Shown one piece after another: positions 38,341 through 52,441 of a stretch of 64,000 nt of DNA; the stretch's first letter is position 1, and each line of letters begins with the position of its first letter. Source of the stretch: Takakia lepidozioides (taxonomy: Eukaryota > Plantae > Bryophyta); NCBI GenBank assembly GCA_030704615.1, contig CM060731.1, positions 45,260,001 through 45,324,000 on the forward strand. Reading direction: 5' to 3'. The notes under the pieces were generated by a model, which had not been told where the DNA came from, made no database searches, and was given only the letters and a program-made list of their open reading frames with translations. Position numbers and translations under genes: made by a program.

Positions 38341-41300
38341 TTAACGTTTCTTCCGCTTTTGAGGTCGCTCTTCGAAAGCTGCAACCGCCTCGGATGCGTT
38401 TCCCATTTCTGAGGCACGCACCCAAGATGCCTCCACATGATGATAGCCCTTCCATTTCACGAGATACTCTGTTTCTCGATTCTTGAACCGCCTCGACTTA
38501 AGCACTGCCTCCACCTCGTACTCAGGTTCATTTTCATGATCCAACAGCACATGTGGCGGACGCAACACTTGATGCCGATTCGGAAGCGCTTCATCTTTGA
38601 AGTAAGGCTTAAAAAAGGAGACGTGGAATACCGGATACACCTTGTTGTTTGCCGGCAGCTCCAATTCATACTCCTCCTCATTCATAACCTTCCGGATGCG
38701 AAAGGGTCCCGCATACGAAGGTACGAACTTCGGACTCACTTCCGGAGGTAGTAAAAAATTCTTGATGTTCAACCAGACCTCCGTGTCTGCCTCAAACTTG
38801 ACTTCCCTCCACTTCCGATTTGCCTGCCGTTCATACCGTTTCCTAGCTTTAGCGATGTTGTACTTTGCGAGCTTCAACAAGTGCTCGCGTTCCTCCAACA
38901 CCGCTGCTGCTGCCGGTTCCTCAACGTCTTGGGCAGCCCAACTTGTCGGCACTAGAGGTGCTTTTCCATAGACCAATACAAAAGGGGAAACACCCGTTGC
39001 GGAGTGTTTTGTGTTATTATAGCAGAACTCTGCCGCGTCCAAGTGCTCCACCCAGTCCGATTGGTCCGCCGATACGTAATTCCGCAAGATCTGCTTCACC
39101 ACGGAATTCACCCTTTCCGTTTGGCTGTCCGTCGTAGGTCGGAAGGCGGTGCTCATCTTGAGCCTCGTCCCCATCTTCTTCCAAAGTGCCCTCCAAAATT
39201 TACTCGTAAACTTTGGATCGTGGTCCGAGACAATATCCTTCGGGAGTCCATGATGCTTGAGGACGTGGGCGAAGTAAAGTCGCCCCGTCTCTTGTGCCGT
39301 TGCCGTCTCCTTGGTGGGGATGAAATGGCCCATTTTACTGAACCTATCCACCACCACCATGATTGCATCAAATCCTTTTGACAGCGGCATAGCAGTCGTG
39401 AAATCCATCGAGACACTTTCCCAAGACCCCTCTGGAATTGGCAAGGGTTGTAACAGCCCCGCTTGCTTTTTGTACTCGCTCCGGTTTTGTTGGCATGTGG
39501 TGCATGTCTTGACATACTCCTCGGCCTCCTCCCTCAGTTTGGGCCAGAAATACTCTTTCTTCAAGAGTGCCGCGGTGTGCTTGGCTCCGCCGTGGCCCGC
39601 AAGCGGACCATCATGGCATTCTCCTAAGAGACTATCTCTGATCCCTCACTTTAGCACGTAGAGACGCTTTTGCTTGTACCGGAGCACTCCATTTTGCAAG
39701 TGGAATTGCGATTTAACCCCCATCCTCAAGTCCCGCATCACGGACTTCGTCATCTCATCCTTCTGGTAAGCCTTCCGGATCTTCCTTTGGATCGCCGTCT
39801 CGCCCCTGTACACCATCATGAGTTGCTGCTTTCTACTTAAAGCATCGGCCACCACATTGTCCCGTCCCGGTTTGTACTGGATATCCACGTCGAACAGTGC
39901 CAAAGTGTCTTGCCACCTAATTTGTTTTGGGGACAACTTAGGCTGCGTGGCAAAATACTTCACCGTGACATTGTCCGTGAACACCTTCACCGGGTTGGAA
40001 CCAATATAGTGGTGCCAAAGCTCAAGGCAATGCACCACCGCCTTCATTTTCTTTTCATGCGTAGGCCACTGTCGCTCTACTTCATTAAGTTTCTTACTTT
40101 CGTAAGTCACTGGACGTCCATTCTGCATGAGTACACCTCCTATAGCGAAGTCTGACACATCCGTATGAATCTCAAATGGACGGTCGAACTCCAGGATTTT
40201 GAGGACTGGAGCTCACGCCATCCCCTGCTTCAACTCGGCAAAAGCTTGACCACAAAAGGTGTTCCATACCCAGACTTTGGATTTACACAGAAGGTCGGAC
40301 AGCGGCCCCGCGATCTTGGCGAAATTTCTCACATACTTCCGGTAATATGATGCGAGTCCCAGGAAGGATCGCACTCCTGGGACCGAAGTCGGAGGCTCCC
40401 AGTCCAAGATCGCCCTCACCTTTCTGTCATCCATTTTGATCCCATCCTGTGTAATCACATGCCCCAGGAACTCCATTTTTGTGACCCCGAATTCGCACTT
40501 TGAAGCTTTGGCATACAGTTTCCCTTCCCGCAATTTCTGGAACACCCTTTTGAGGTGCTCCAGGTGCTCTTCCTTTGTTTTCGAGTACACCAGTATATCG
40601 TCGATGTATACGATCACAAAGTCATCCAACCACTCCTGGAAAAGGCTATTCATTAGCGTGCTAAAGGTCGCGGGTGCGTTGGTGAGCCCAAAAGGCATCA
40701 CCAAGAACTCAGACAAACCATATCTTGTCTTGCACGCGGTCTTCTCCTCATCTCCTTCCACCACTCGGATCTGATGATACCCGGAGCGCAAATCGATCTG
40801 GCTGAAATACTTCGCTCCTGCCAATCGATCGAAGAGGTCGTGGATCCTTGGCAAAGGGTACCGATTCTTGATAGTCACCTTATTCAGGGCCCTGTAATCG
40901 ACACACATCCGCAACGTCCCATCCTTCTTGTCTGCGAATAGCACCGGGGCTCCGTAAGGTGACTTACTCGGCCAGATGTACCCCTTTGACATTAGATCCT
41001 TGAGCTGAGTCTTCAGCTCAACCAACTTTCTGTGGCTCAACCGGTAGGGCGCCTTGGCAGGCGGTTCTGATCCCGGCATCACCTCAATCTTGTGGTCAAC
41101 TCCCCTTCGCGGTGGCAAGCCGCTTGGTAAATCCTCTGGCATCACATCCTGGTATTTCTCCAAAATCCCCTTGATCCAATCTGGGCTCGGCTCCCCATCG
41201 CCTTCTCCCTTCACTTGTCTTACATAAAGCAAAAAGTGGGGCTCGTGTGATTTCTCCACGGCCCACTCCCTTGCTAACAGAAGGTTTATTTGCCATCCCA

Positions 41301-41679
41301 CGGGGTTGGGCGTTTCTGACACTCGTAAAACTTCGCCACCATTCCCACATGGTAGCGTGACTACTCTCTTGCGGCCATCTATAACCGCTCCGGATCTGCT
41401 AAAAAAGGTCATCCCCAAAATGAGTTCCACTCCATCGATCTCGCAAATGGTGAAGTTCTCACGTCCCTCCCAACTCCCGAGCTGAAGAGGGACATCGAAC
41501 GCCAACCTCGTCGCCAATTGTGGTTCTCCTTTAGCAGAACGCACCTCAATAGAGGCCCCCACATCACTTGTCGGGAGTCCTAGCTTCCGTGTCGTTGCCG
41601 GTGTCATGAAGGAGTGCGACGCTCCTGTGTCCACCAACAACAACATGTTAGTTCCGGAGATTATCCCACTCACAAACAT
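38341..41679 (-). pseudogene. pol: protease-RT-RNase H-integrase-chromodomain (few lesions)
   Basis: [49 protein letters not shown], chromodomain EYEVEAVLKSR..YLVKWKGY..SW. Confidence 0.95.
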
Positions 41680-41691
41680 TAATTGACTCCC

Positions 41692-42904
41692 TTATTGCAA
41701 GGCGTCAGTTTCCTGATACAACTCACAAGAGTAGTTGCCTACCTTGCAAGTCTTGGCGACCACCGCCTCCACCAAGCGGCTGATGGAAGCTTCGGACAAC
41801 TCCGTGGTTGCCCGAGTCATGTTCAATTGTCGGGGATTCGTACACTTCTTGGCCATGTGCCCGGGCTCCCCACAATTGAAGCACACTCCATCGAAGGTCG
41901 CCTTTTGTCGGCCATAAAGCGTCGCACTTGATTTTCCTTTCGGAGCATCGGGTGTTGTCTTGGCGTGTGAAGGCCCTCCCTTTGATTTCCACGTGCCATT
42001 GGAGCCGCGTGGCCTATCCCACTTCTTTTCCGGTCGAAAGGAGTCACCCTCCCTCCGGGTCTTCTTGTGGTTCAGCTCCGTACGGCCTTGTCTTTTCGCC
42101 CCTAGGGACATCCGAGAAACATTCAGCCCTCTCAATTGCCTCGTTCAAAGTCTTAGGTGGCTTCTCCTCCAACTTCCGCCTGGCCCATGGGGCCAGTCCC
42201 GCCACAAAGTTGAAGACCATTTCTGGTTCTGCCATGTCCGCGACTTCGAGCAACAACACATTGAAAGCCTGAACATATCCCCGAATGTCATCCGTTTGCT
42301 TCAGATTCCTCATCTTGTCCCGGGCGAGCCAGGACGCGTTGAGGGGCACAAACTATCTCTTCATCAGTTCCTTGAACCCACTCCAGTCCAAGGTTTCCGG
42401 GTTTGGACCTCGGTCATGAAGGCGTTTCTGCCACCATTGTTGAGCATAGCCCCTCAAATAGGTGGGAGCCACTTCCACCTGATCCTCGTCACTCAACTTG
42501 GCCGCCCGAAAGTACTGCTCTAGCTCCAAGAGCCAGGTGTTGAGTGCCTTCCGATTTTGGACGCCCTCGAAGGTGTCGGGTTCCTTAGGCTTCACCTTAA
42601 ACTTTGCCTTAGTGGAAGTGGCATTAGTCGCCTTCAACACGTCTTTCAACGTCCCGCCAAACTGCGCCAACAACCCTTCCCAAAAGGCTGCTGGCATAGG
42701 AGGCATCTATTGGTCTGTCGGAGCTCTCAGAGATTCCTCGGGCTCTGACTCCTCAGATTCCTCCCGTTCTTGAGTGGCCTCATTTTCAAAAGCATGCATC
42801 GCTTCCTCAAATGGCCGCTTCGGTGACACGTCGCCCCCATCGGGCTCACCAAGATCATCATCTTTCGGGCCGTTCCGCTTTTGCTTTGGCTTGCCCGACC
42901 CCAT
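41692..42904 (-). pseudogene. gag with CCHC knuckle
   Basis: PKEPDTFEG..LNTWLLELEQYF..YLRGYAQQWW; CFNCGEPGHMAKKC; stops and a frameshift. Confidence 0.9.
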
Positions 42905-45461
42905 GATGAGGCCGATCCCAAGGACGATCGCGTACTGAACTCTAAGATCTGATACCAAATGTTGCGCACCTCACTTCGGTAAGCTCCCCTTCAAGTCATA
43001 GTTACTCGCTTTGATGCGCGCGCCTAACTCCCAACCTGGCCGCTGGGCCAACTCGGAGCTTCGGCTGCTCATCGGGACATAACGGTCCCCCTTTCTTCCC
43101 CCAACAGACCCTCCACCAATTTGGGCCTAGTGGAAATTCCCTTTGGTAGATGGCAGTCCGGAATAGCTCCCCACTCCTTGGTCGCTTTCCGGCTCGCTCA
43201 TTTACTCACTAGTTTTTGGTCACCAACGGGCTTGCACCGTTCTCGGGGTTACTACTCCCTATATATACTTCCGTGACTATCCGTGGGGGTTTCCCAAACA
43301 ACCATGCCATTTTATGGTGAACCACCACACCCACGACTCCCCATGACTCCCGCCACAAGGTCTCCGCCCCATGGTGAGTCCTATGCCACCCCCACTAAGT
43401 CCCACTAAGCTACCACCACCCCTTGTGGAGCCACCCCCACCGCAACCCGGTGTGCGGGGCTCCACCTAGTGAGCGCCTCCGCCTCCTTGAGTGCCTTGGG
43501 CACTCAAGGGTACTTCAGCCCCCCGTACCTATTGCTGCCACCGCCCCCACCACAGGGGCAGCCCCTCTGCGTCCCGATCCCTGCCCTCAAGGCAAAGGGC
43601 TGCGACATATGATGTGAAGAGGCAAAGGTGGAACCCCTAAGCCAGACAATGATCAGCACAAAATGCCAAGATATACTGCTCACACATCTGCCCTTGCTCG
43701 ACGCAAATCCCAGGAGCGTGTTCTACCAGGTGAACTAGCGTCTCCCCCTACAGTTGCCACCCCCAGTCACTTCAATAGGCTAGGATAGTCTACTCCCACC
43801 AAGGAGGAGGATAGCTAGAGAATGTCGACTGATCAAGAGTGTTCTTTAAACCCAACGCCATGCATACTTGTCTCTAGATGCCCTTTGTCTGCTCTAAGTA
43901 GATATGATGGGTATGATCTAAACTATAGCAGGGTCACAGGTTCTCTTGGGTTCAGCCACATCAGGGTATGGAGCTCAGCCCCAAATTGCCTTTGCTTTTG
44001 TGGGTAGACATTACTTGAAGGACAATGTGTGCTAGAGTAGAAGAGACAATGGCAGCTCTTAAGTGGACAGAGCGTCAAAAGTACTGCACTTTTTTCAGGT
44101 GTGAAGGCAACAAACCCAGTTGGCTTCCTAAAGTTTAAAGACCAGTGCATTTTCAAATCATAACTCGTAAAGACTATACCACTGATTCATTGGCATCTAA
44201 GATGGGTGTGAGTGCCCATTTCTTACTCAACGATGTACTTAGCAAAGAGGTTGTTGGGATTAGTCATGGCCTTAAACTCTAGAGAATTCCCACTCCTGTC
44301 TTTTGAAAACATGGTCCACTTCACACATAATAAAACAAACTGCTTCAATCCCAAAAGAAAAAAAGATGGTATAAGACATGGTGGTTTAAGAACTCCAATC
44401 AAGTATGATGCATTCAAATGTACAGGTGCATTTGTTAACATTACGAAGCTCGCTCTGCTGAATAAACATGGCAGAAATTGATCAGTGAAACATAGAATTT
44501 GGGAACATGCCATGATGGAACTCGTTGGTGCTGGCCGAGATGTATGACAGCTACATGTTGCCAAAACTGAAGCTGCTCAAATTTTGAAAATTATACTTTG
44601 AATACAGCGCGACTTCATCTAAGAAAATGGACGTAAGTACCTGCTTTCCAGGTTGGTCCTTGAAGGGTATGTGAGGTTCAATGATGAACTGGATGCTCGC
44701 CACACTGACGCGATCTGGCAATGCCAGAAAATCGGGCACTAGTGTGGCACAGGAACGGGGTCCCCATCTGTCTCCCCAAACAAACACATGAACTTAAGCC
44801 AAACGTTGACCTTGGCTAAAGCCAACTGATCCATACATACTCAGACTCACCATCAGATACGTGGCTAGAAGTCTGTCAAGTTTGACCTGCTTCATTTTCA
44901 AGCAAAACGTAACCAATTCCAGAAAGGTTGGAGGCCTAGTTATCAACAGCGTTTGCAGTGGAAAAAGCATTGTAGTTGTGCACCTCGTGACATACCACCT
45001 ACAGTGCATTCACACATCTAACTCATTTGAGAAATGATCATACCTTCTGTATTTGATACAAATTGCTCCTCATACATAAAGAACACTGCATCTAAGAAAA
45101 TTTCCAGTGGCAAAATGATGCCCCGCAAGGACGGCTACAAGGAAGGGCTGTAACTAGTATGTATATTGAGCCTGGATCGCAGTGCTCTGGTCAGCAGGTC
45201 AGCAGGTGCTTGTCTCATGGATTCAAAAATGTAGGTACAAGCAAATAATTTTTTTTGGATACTTGGTGGCCAAAAAGGTTTAAATCCACCCAAGTTTTTT
45301 ATGATCGACCTTCTGGACAACCCAAAATTCTGCACAACAAAAACTACTAATTGTGATCAAGCATGCTATTGGCAGTTGAATTGAAAGTGGATTGACTACC
45401 CCTTAATATTAAGTAGTTCTTCTAAAAGAGAAGGAGTTGGAATACTATGTTTAAAAACACT

Positions 45462-45710
45462 TGATCTATCTATCCCCAACGGGTAGATAGACTTCCAACT
45501 GATCTATCTAACCCCATTGGGAAGTCTGTCTACCCCCAACGAGTGCCTACAGGACACGTGCATTGCCTGAAAATGGCACACGCAGTGCCTGAAAACGGAT
45601 AATCCGGAAGTCTGTGCAGACTTTCCGGCTGATCTACTGCTAATGGGTGCCTACGCGACACGTGCATCGCTTGAGAAAGGCACAATGCCTGCGTGAAAAT
45701 GGATAATTCC
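45462..45710. repeat. Cluster of short inverted and direct repeats
   Basis: gggtagatagacttccaa / ttgggaagtctgtctaccc inverted pair; gatctatcta twice; gtgcctac..gacacgtgcat.gc.tga...gaaaa.ggataat twice. Confidence 0.65.
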
Positions 45711-45761
45711 TGTGCAGGTGGCTCCCGAGTGCATGTGGAGCACCTGGATGAGGATGACGAC

Positions 45762-46646
45762 ATGGCACCGACCTACAGTATTCCAAAGCAGTACGAAAAA
45801 ACAATGTTGGATACCTCAGTGTCCACTGCAAATTGGCATATTGCAAAAACAACAGACTTGTCACGCGCCCAATGTTGGGGTATTTGTGTTGATAGTGGGC
45901 AGCCCTATAAGCAGCAGATTCGTCCTTTGAAATCGTCTGGCATTCCAGCTCCGAAGTACATCAGAATGTGCCACAACCCAGTTTTTGCAAAAAAGAAAAT
46001 GCATGAGTTCTAGTTTTGTCTTCATGACATTCAACAGTGTGTTCATGGGGGAGTCCACCGAGATGCGAAGGACAACCAGAGCCACCACATGTATGGCCTC
46101 TGATGCAGCTAGGAGCTTATTTGACTCAGGGAAGTTAATTCATTTGATGCAGCCAGGTTTTGCCTGGTCTCGAGGGATGATATCCCATGTTTTCACATGG
46201 AGGAGGACGTTGGTGCCCAGCAACCCGGAGCTCATCAGAATCGGGACTATTACCCCAAGAGCAGATGGGGCAAACAATATAACCGAAAAAAGCACCTTCG
46301 ACGAAGATGGGATTGGCGATGTCACTACGAGGTATCGTTCAGAACTTCCGTGATGTTCCTCGACCGGGGATGGGAAAAGCATACACCATCACTACTTCAG
46401 GCTCAACAACCAATGGGATGGTTTATTACGTCTCAATTGGCATTTACCCGGAGTGCACATGTCCCAACTTTGTGTGAAGATGCGTAATCTGCAAGGTAGG
46501 GTACACCCACTGCAATCACATATACTGGATTTTTCTTCGGCATCTCCTATGTAGTGCTGACAGCCCCACAATTAATTATCATACTTTGAGTATGAACGAG
46601 ATCAGTGCAATCCTTCGCAATGATCCCTGCATATGGTTGGAATAAC
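45762..46646 (+). pseudogene. SWIM-type zinc finger protein pseudogene
   Basis: VYYVSIGIYPECTCPNFV*...THCNHIYWIFLR...INYHTLSMNEISAILR = CxC..CxH SWIM pattern; stops and frameshifts. Confidence 0.65.
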
Positions 46647-47568
46647 ATGATCAGAGGCGTCCTTCTGCGAGGGAAGATGAGGAGCATTTGCCTGCGATAT
46701 CACCTTATGTTCTGGATGCACTGCTTTTCGTTCCACTGATCATTCTTTAAAAAATAGTAAAATTCATTCCATAAGTCTATTGTCACTTGTCAAAAAGGAT
46801 CTTGTACTATTTTGCAAGTCTGTCCCGACTTACCGATGAGCGGTCTCTGACTTTCTGAATGATCTTCTAGTTTGTTTTTGCTCATTGTTCAGAAATTGCA
46901 AGACCAATTTTTTTTTGGTATTTTCCTATTTTATGACGTTCACCGAGGTGGTGTGCTTGAAGTTGGAAAGTCATGCCAAACGCATTTCATGGTGGGATGG
47001 GAATCGGTAAGTTTGTGCAGACTTATGGTATATAATAGTACAACATCCGACAAGTCTGTGAAGACTTCTCAAGTGCAACTTCTGGAAAATTAAAAAGCTC
47101 ATAACATTAAATACATACATATTAAACTTACATAATAGATAGCAGGTATAAAATAGGCATACGAAGTATGTGCCGACCTCTCGGAAATGGACTGTCCGTC
47201 ATCATGAAATCATAAATGATCAAACTTGTCCGCGGTTATACAATGAAGGCCTATTTCTGTGGTAGCTGTCACGGACATAGCCCATGTCATGGACATAGCC
47301 CAGAGGAATTTACCAGGAGTAAATATCAGAAGTTACCAAGTTATCATGTTACCACGAGTTACCATGATCTACCATGATCTATCATAAGTTACATTTAGTT
47401 ACCAAGTTACCGGGAGTTTACCAAATTACCGAGAGTAACTTGGAAAATTGCTCATGAAGCTTCTTTTGGAGGAAACTTCTCTATCAAGATACCTCTTTTG
47501 TTTAAGGAAACTTCTCCATCAAGAAACCTCGTTTGGGGAAGCATCTTAGGGAATCTCTTAGTAGCCAG

Positions 47569-47576
47569 TATATATA
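47569..47576 (+). promoter_or_regulatory. TATA box of 5' LTR
   Basis: tatatata conserved in all three LTR copies (~6431, 47569, ~52896), ~25 nt upstream of the PBS-complementary motif. Confidence 0.7.
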
Positions 47577-47926
47577 GGAGGCGAGACTGGACACTCTTCA
47601 GTCTCGCCAACACAAGTTCAAGCTACTCTTGTTCTCAGTCCCAGTACTTCAGTCCAGCTTCCAGTACTCTAGTTCAGTTTCCAGTATCTGGTACCCCAGT
47701 CCAATTTCCAGCATTCCAGTATTCGAGACGAGTTCTAGTATCTTGTACTCTTGTCCATTGTTATAAAGATCATCTTGATTCATGTTTACCCACTATGCAT
47801 TTAGTCACGCCGACCTTGACTTCTTGTCTAGTCTTGTATCTCTAGTCTAATCTCTTGTTTGTATTCAGTCCTGTTCTTGTCCTTGACAGTTTGGCGAGAC
47901 TAAAGTTTGTTCCTTAGGTAGTGAAG

Positions 47927-50900
47927 ATGGAAGACACATTTGAGGAAATGGTCGCCACATTGCAAAGTCTTCAGCTCCAGATGCAATAACTTCGTACATC
48001 TACCGCCCAATTGCAAGCTGATCAGTCTCAAGATCTTGGCAACGCTCTCCACAATTTGTAACAACAAATTTCAGAGTTAAAGGAGTCAAACAATGGATCT
48101 TCAACCATACGAGTCCCTACTGCAACGGTTCATCTTCAATAGATTACGAGAAAACCAAAGATCAGCATGCCCGAGAAATTTGATGGGATGAGATCAAGAT
48201 TTCGCGGTTTTGTTCAACAAGTACGACTGTTCCAACGACTACATCCACAACGCTGCCCCGATAAAGGTATTCAAGTGGGATTCGTGGACACTCTTCTATC
48301 AGGCACTGCCCTATCTTGATTTGCACCGCTATTAGAAAAAAAAATTGCATTTACTATATAATTTTGAAGCATTCATGTCCGAGTTCACTGCAACGTTTGA
48401 AGAGAATGATAGAGAGAGAGTTGCAGAGACAAAGATACGAAATCTTCGACAAGAAGCACGTCCTGCTTTCGTTTATGCTGCCAAATGTCGACAACTTACG
48501 TGCGACCTCGACTGGAATGAGAAGAGCCTCATTAGTCAGTTTCTATGTGAGCCAAAAGAGGATGAAAAAGATTTATTGTTGACTATGCCAAACGTGAGCA
48601 CACTGAGTGAATTCATCACCCAAGTCATTGCATGCGATAATCGTTTGTTCGAAAGACGTCAAGAGAAGCGATCTGGATGGTCGACGACGCATCATGTCAC
48701 TGCTACTACGGCACTAAACACAACGATCCATTAGACATCTGGTAGTGATCCTATGCATATTGATGTTGTCCCGACTCAAGCCATTGACGCCACAAGAAAA
48801 ACAAAGACGACGCTTGAATGGATTATGCCTTTATTGCAGAGAAGAAGATCACATAGCATTAAACTGCCCCAACAAGAGAAGATTCAAAGCTCGGGGGCAC
48901 AACTCAAGCGTTCGATACGAGGAGGTTGGAAAACGAAGATGTCCAGTCATAGTAGGGACCATGCGGCTGGACACCACAAATTCCTCACCAAAAAAATGTC
49001 TCTTTCTACCTCCAGACCCAGCATCTTGCTTCACAGTTTCGGTAAAAATCAGAGTGCAAAATCGAGATATCTCTGTAGAAGCACTTTTGGACTCAGGGGC
49101 TTCAGCTTGTTTTCTGGACAAAAACTTTGCGAAACAACACAATTTAACGCTCGTAAAGAAGAAACTCTCAACCCCCGTTGAAGTCATCGATGGACGACTG
49201 TTAGCATCAGGAAATGTGGACCATGAAACTCGACCACTTGAAGTAAAGCTTAAAGATCAAGCATCACATATTGTTTTCAACGTCATCCAATTTCCAACGA
49301 ATCCTATGATCCTTGGACTTCCCTGGTTTGTACTTCACAATCCTGACATCGACTGACGATCGTGAAAAAATTCTGCAAGACAAAAATGTAGAAATATCAA
49401 AGGTATTCACCTCTGTTCCTTGGAGCTAGAGCTTTCATGAGATGTACAAAAAATGATACGACATTTGCACTTTATGCGACTCCGATCAAGACCACAACAA
49501 ACAAAGGTACTTCAACATTAGCCGCTCAATATCAAGATTTCAAGGATGTCTTCGAGAAGAAAACTGCAGACATATTGCCAGAACATCGACCTTATGACTG
49601 TGCAATTGAATTACAAGAAAGAGTTCAACCACCATTTGGCCCAATCTATAACTTACCCCAGACGGAGTTGGCTGCATTACGTAAATACATTGATGAAAAT
49701 TTGTCGAAGCACTTCATCCGACATTTAAAATCACATGCGGGGGCGCCTATCTTGTTTGTGAAAAAGAAAGACGGATCATTACGCATGTGTATAAACTATC
49801 ACGGTCTCAACAAAGTCACAATTAAGAATCGTTATCCGTTGCCGCTGATTTCTGGGCTTCTTGACCAGCTGGGACGAGCGAAGATTTGCACCAAAATTGA
49901 ATTGAGAAGAGCTTATAACTTTGTACGGATAAAAGAAAGAGACGAATGGAAAACAACTTTTCGAACAAGATATGGACATTTTGAATACAGTGTTATGCCT
50001 TTCGGTCTTATAAATGCTCCAACAATTTTTCAACATATGATGAATGACATATTTCGAGAATTTTTTAGATGACTTTGTAGTCATCTATTTGGACGACATT
50101 TTGATATTTTCACAGAATGAAGAAGAACATGGCCGCCATGTACGCCTTGTCCTTGATAAATTAAGAGAAAGAAGAATATATGCCAAGTTGGAAAAATGTA
50201 TTTTCCATCAATTTGAGGTTGAATTTTTGGGCTACATTATTTCCGACAAAGGCGTCTTTATGGATCAGAAGAAAATACAAACCATCATCGAGTGTATTAA
50301 ACCAACTTCGGTCCGAGAGGTACAATGTTTTCTAGGATTTGCAAATTTCTATAGAATCTTCATCAAGGACTACTCCAAAATTGTTGCACCATTGACACGA
50401 CTCACAAGGAATGACAAATTTGTATGAGACGAGAAGGCTGACCAGACATTTGAAAGGCTGAAACAGATATTTATAACGGCTCCAATACTGGTACATGCAG
50501 ACCCATCTAAACCATTCTTCTTGGAAGCAGATGTATCGGACTTTGCACTTGACGCTATACTCTCTCAATACGGTACGGATGACAAACTTCACCCTGTTGG
50601 TTTTCGTTCTTGCAAATTTTCTGCTGCAGAGATCAATTATGAAATCCATGACAAAGAACTTCTAGCGATCATCGATGCTTTTTAGGAGTGGCGTCATCTA
50701 CTAAAGGGAGCTAAACATCAAGTCACTGTCTACACCGATCACAAAAACCTTGAATATTTTATGAGTGTTCGTGTTTTGAATTGACGTCAAGCCAGATAAG
50801 GTATGTCACCAGCAAGGTTTAATTTTGTTATTACCTATCGCCTCGGACATCTTCAAGGGAAACCCGATGCTCTTTCTCGACGATCGTATCTTGCGCCGAA

Positions 50901-52441
50901 AAAAAAAGAGACAGCTTTCCATCAACAGAAATCCATTATCTTGAAACCAACAAATCTTCAATTGAATATGTTATCCATGTCCACCTATGAAGATGCTGAG
51001 ATCATAAAGGAGATTCAGGAAGCACTGAAGAACGACTAGTTTGCTACGACACTACGAAGTCAACTTGATCGACCTTGAGACAACCCACATGTTACAAACG
51101 ACTTCGAATTCGAAGATGACTTATTTTATTTCAAGGGACTTCTCTATGTACCTCCAGAACCTACACGACTTTGAATTCTTCAAACATGTCATGATCTTCC
51201 GGTTGTAGGACATTTCGGCTTTAACAAAACAATGGAGTTGATATCAAGGGACTATTGGTGACCGCAGATGTGGAAATTCGTGAAAGAATTTATAAAATCT
51301 TGCGACACGTGTGCTAAAGCGAATGGACCACGACAATGACCTTACGACCTTCTTCAACCATTACCCATTCCCAAGGGTCCATGGTCGTCCGTGTCTATGG
51401 ACTTTATTATGGACCTTCCAATTTTCAAGACCATTGATTCAATCCTTGTTATTGTAGATGGTTTTACGAAGATGATACATTTCATTCCATGTAATAAGAC
51501 GGTTACCGACGAGGAAACTGCAAGACTCTTCCTCAATAATATCTACCGCATTCATGGACTCCCGAAGGACATTGTATCCGATCGAGGATCACAGTTCATA
51601 TCAAATTTCTGGAGGAGATTATTTCACATATTGGATACTAAGATCAACCTCTCTACAGCTAATCATCCATAGACTGATGGTCAAACCAAACGTGTAAACC
51701 AGATTTTAGAACAATATATTTGCTGTACGATAAATTATCACCAAGATAATTGGACGGACCTTCTGTCAACGGTTGAGTTTGCCTACAACAACACTATACA
51801 TTCTTCGACCAAACAAACTCAATTTTTCTCCAATTATGATCATCATCTTCGAGCAAACCCTTTCCACATGAAGACTGTTAGAAGCCATGCTGCAGAAAAC
51901 CTTGCTACTCATCTTGCTACGATTCACAAGAAGCTTATATTTCACCTCGCAGAAGCTAAAAACAATACAATGAGTATGCAAATCAACATCGCCAACTCCA
52001 ACCCCAGTTCAAGGTCGGAGATCACGTGTGGCTTCTTCGACGGGACATACAAACCTTGCAACCATCAAGGAAGTTGGATTACCAACGCCTGGGACCATTC
52101 AAAATTATTCGACAAATAAATCCGGTTAGTTTTTGGCATGAACTCCCACGAAGTATGCGCATCCATAGAGTCTTTCATGTTTCATTATTGGAGTTGTATC
52201 ATCCATCGAATATTCCAGTGAGAGTCTTCGTACCACCTCCATCAATCGAAGTCAATTAGGAAATCGAGTATAAAGTCGACAAAGTCGTAGACTCTCGCAT
52301 CAAGTACATAAACGTCTTGAGTTTTTCGTACATTGGAAAGGCTACGACATCAGCGAACGAATGTGGGAACATTCATCCAACCTTGCCAATGCATCTGACC
52401 AAGTCCAAGAGTTTCATCAACGATATCCAGCTAAGCCCTGA
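47927..52441 (+). pseudogene. gag-pol with C-terminal chromodomain
   Basis: ISMPEKFDG, CLYCREEDHIALNC, LLDSGAS, YLDD, PDALSRR, SMDFI..IVSDRGSQF, EYKVDKVVDSR..FVHWKGYDISERMWE; many nonsense changes. Confidence 0.94.

Larger units (their letters stand above)
36708..43607 (-). mobile_element. Full-length Ty3/Gypsy chromovirus (6.9 kb), tRNA-Met primed
   Basis: LTRs 42960-43607 (5') and 36708-37432 (3'), TG..CA ends, perfect TSD tatga, PBS TGGTATCAGA at 42948-42957. Confidence 0.96.
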
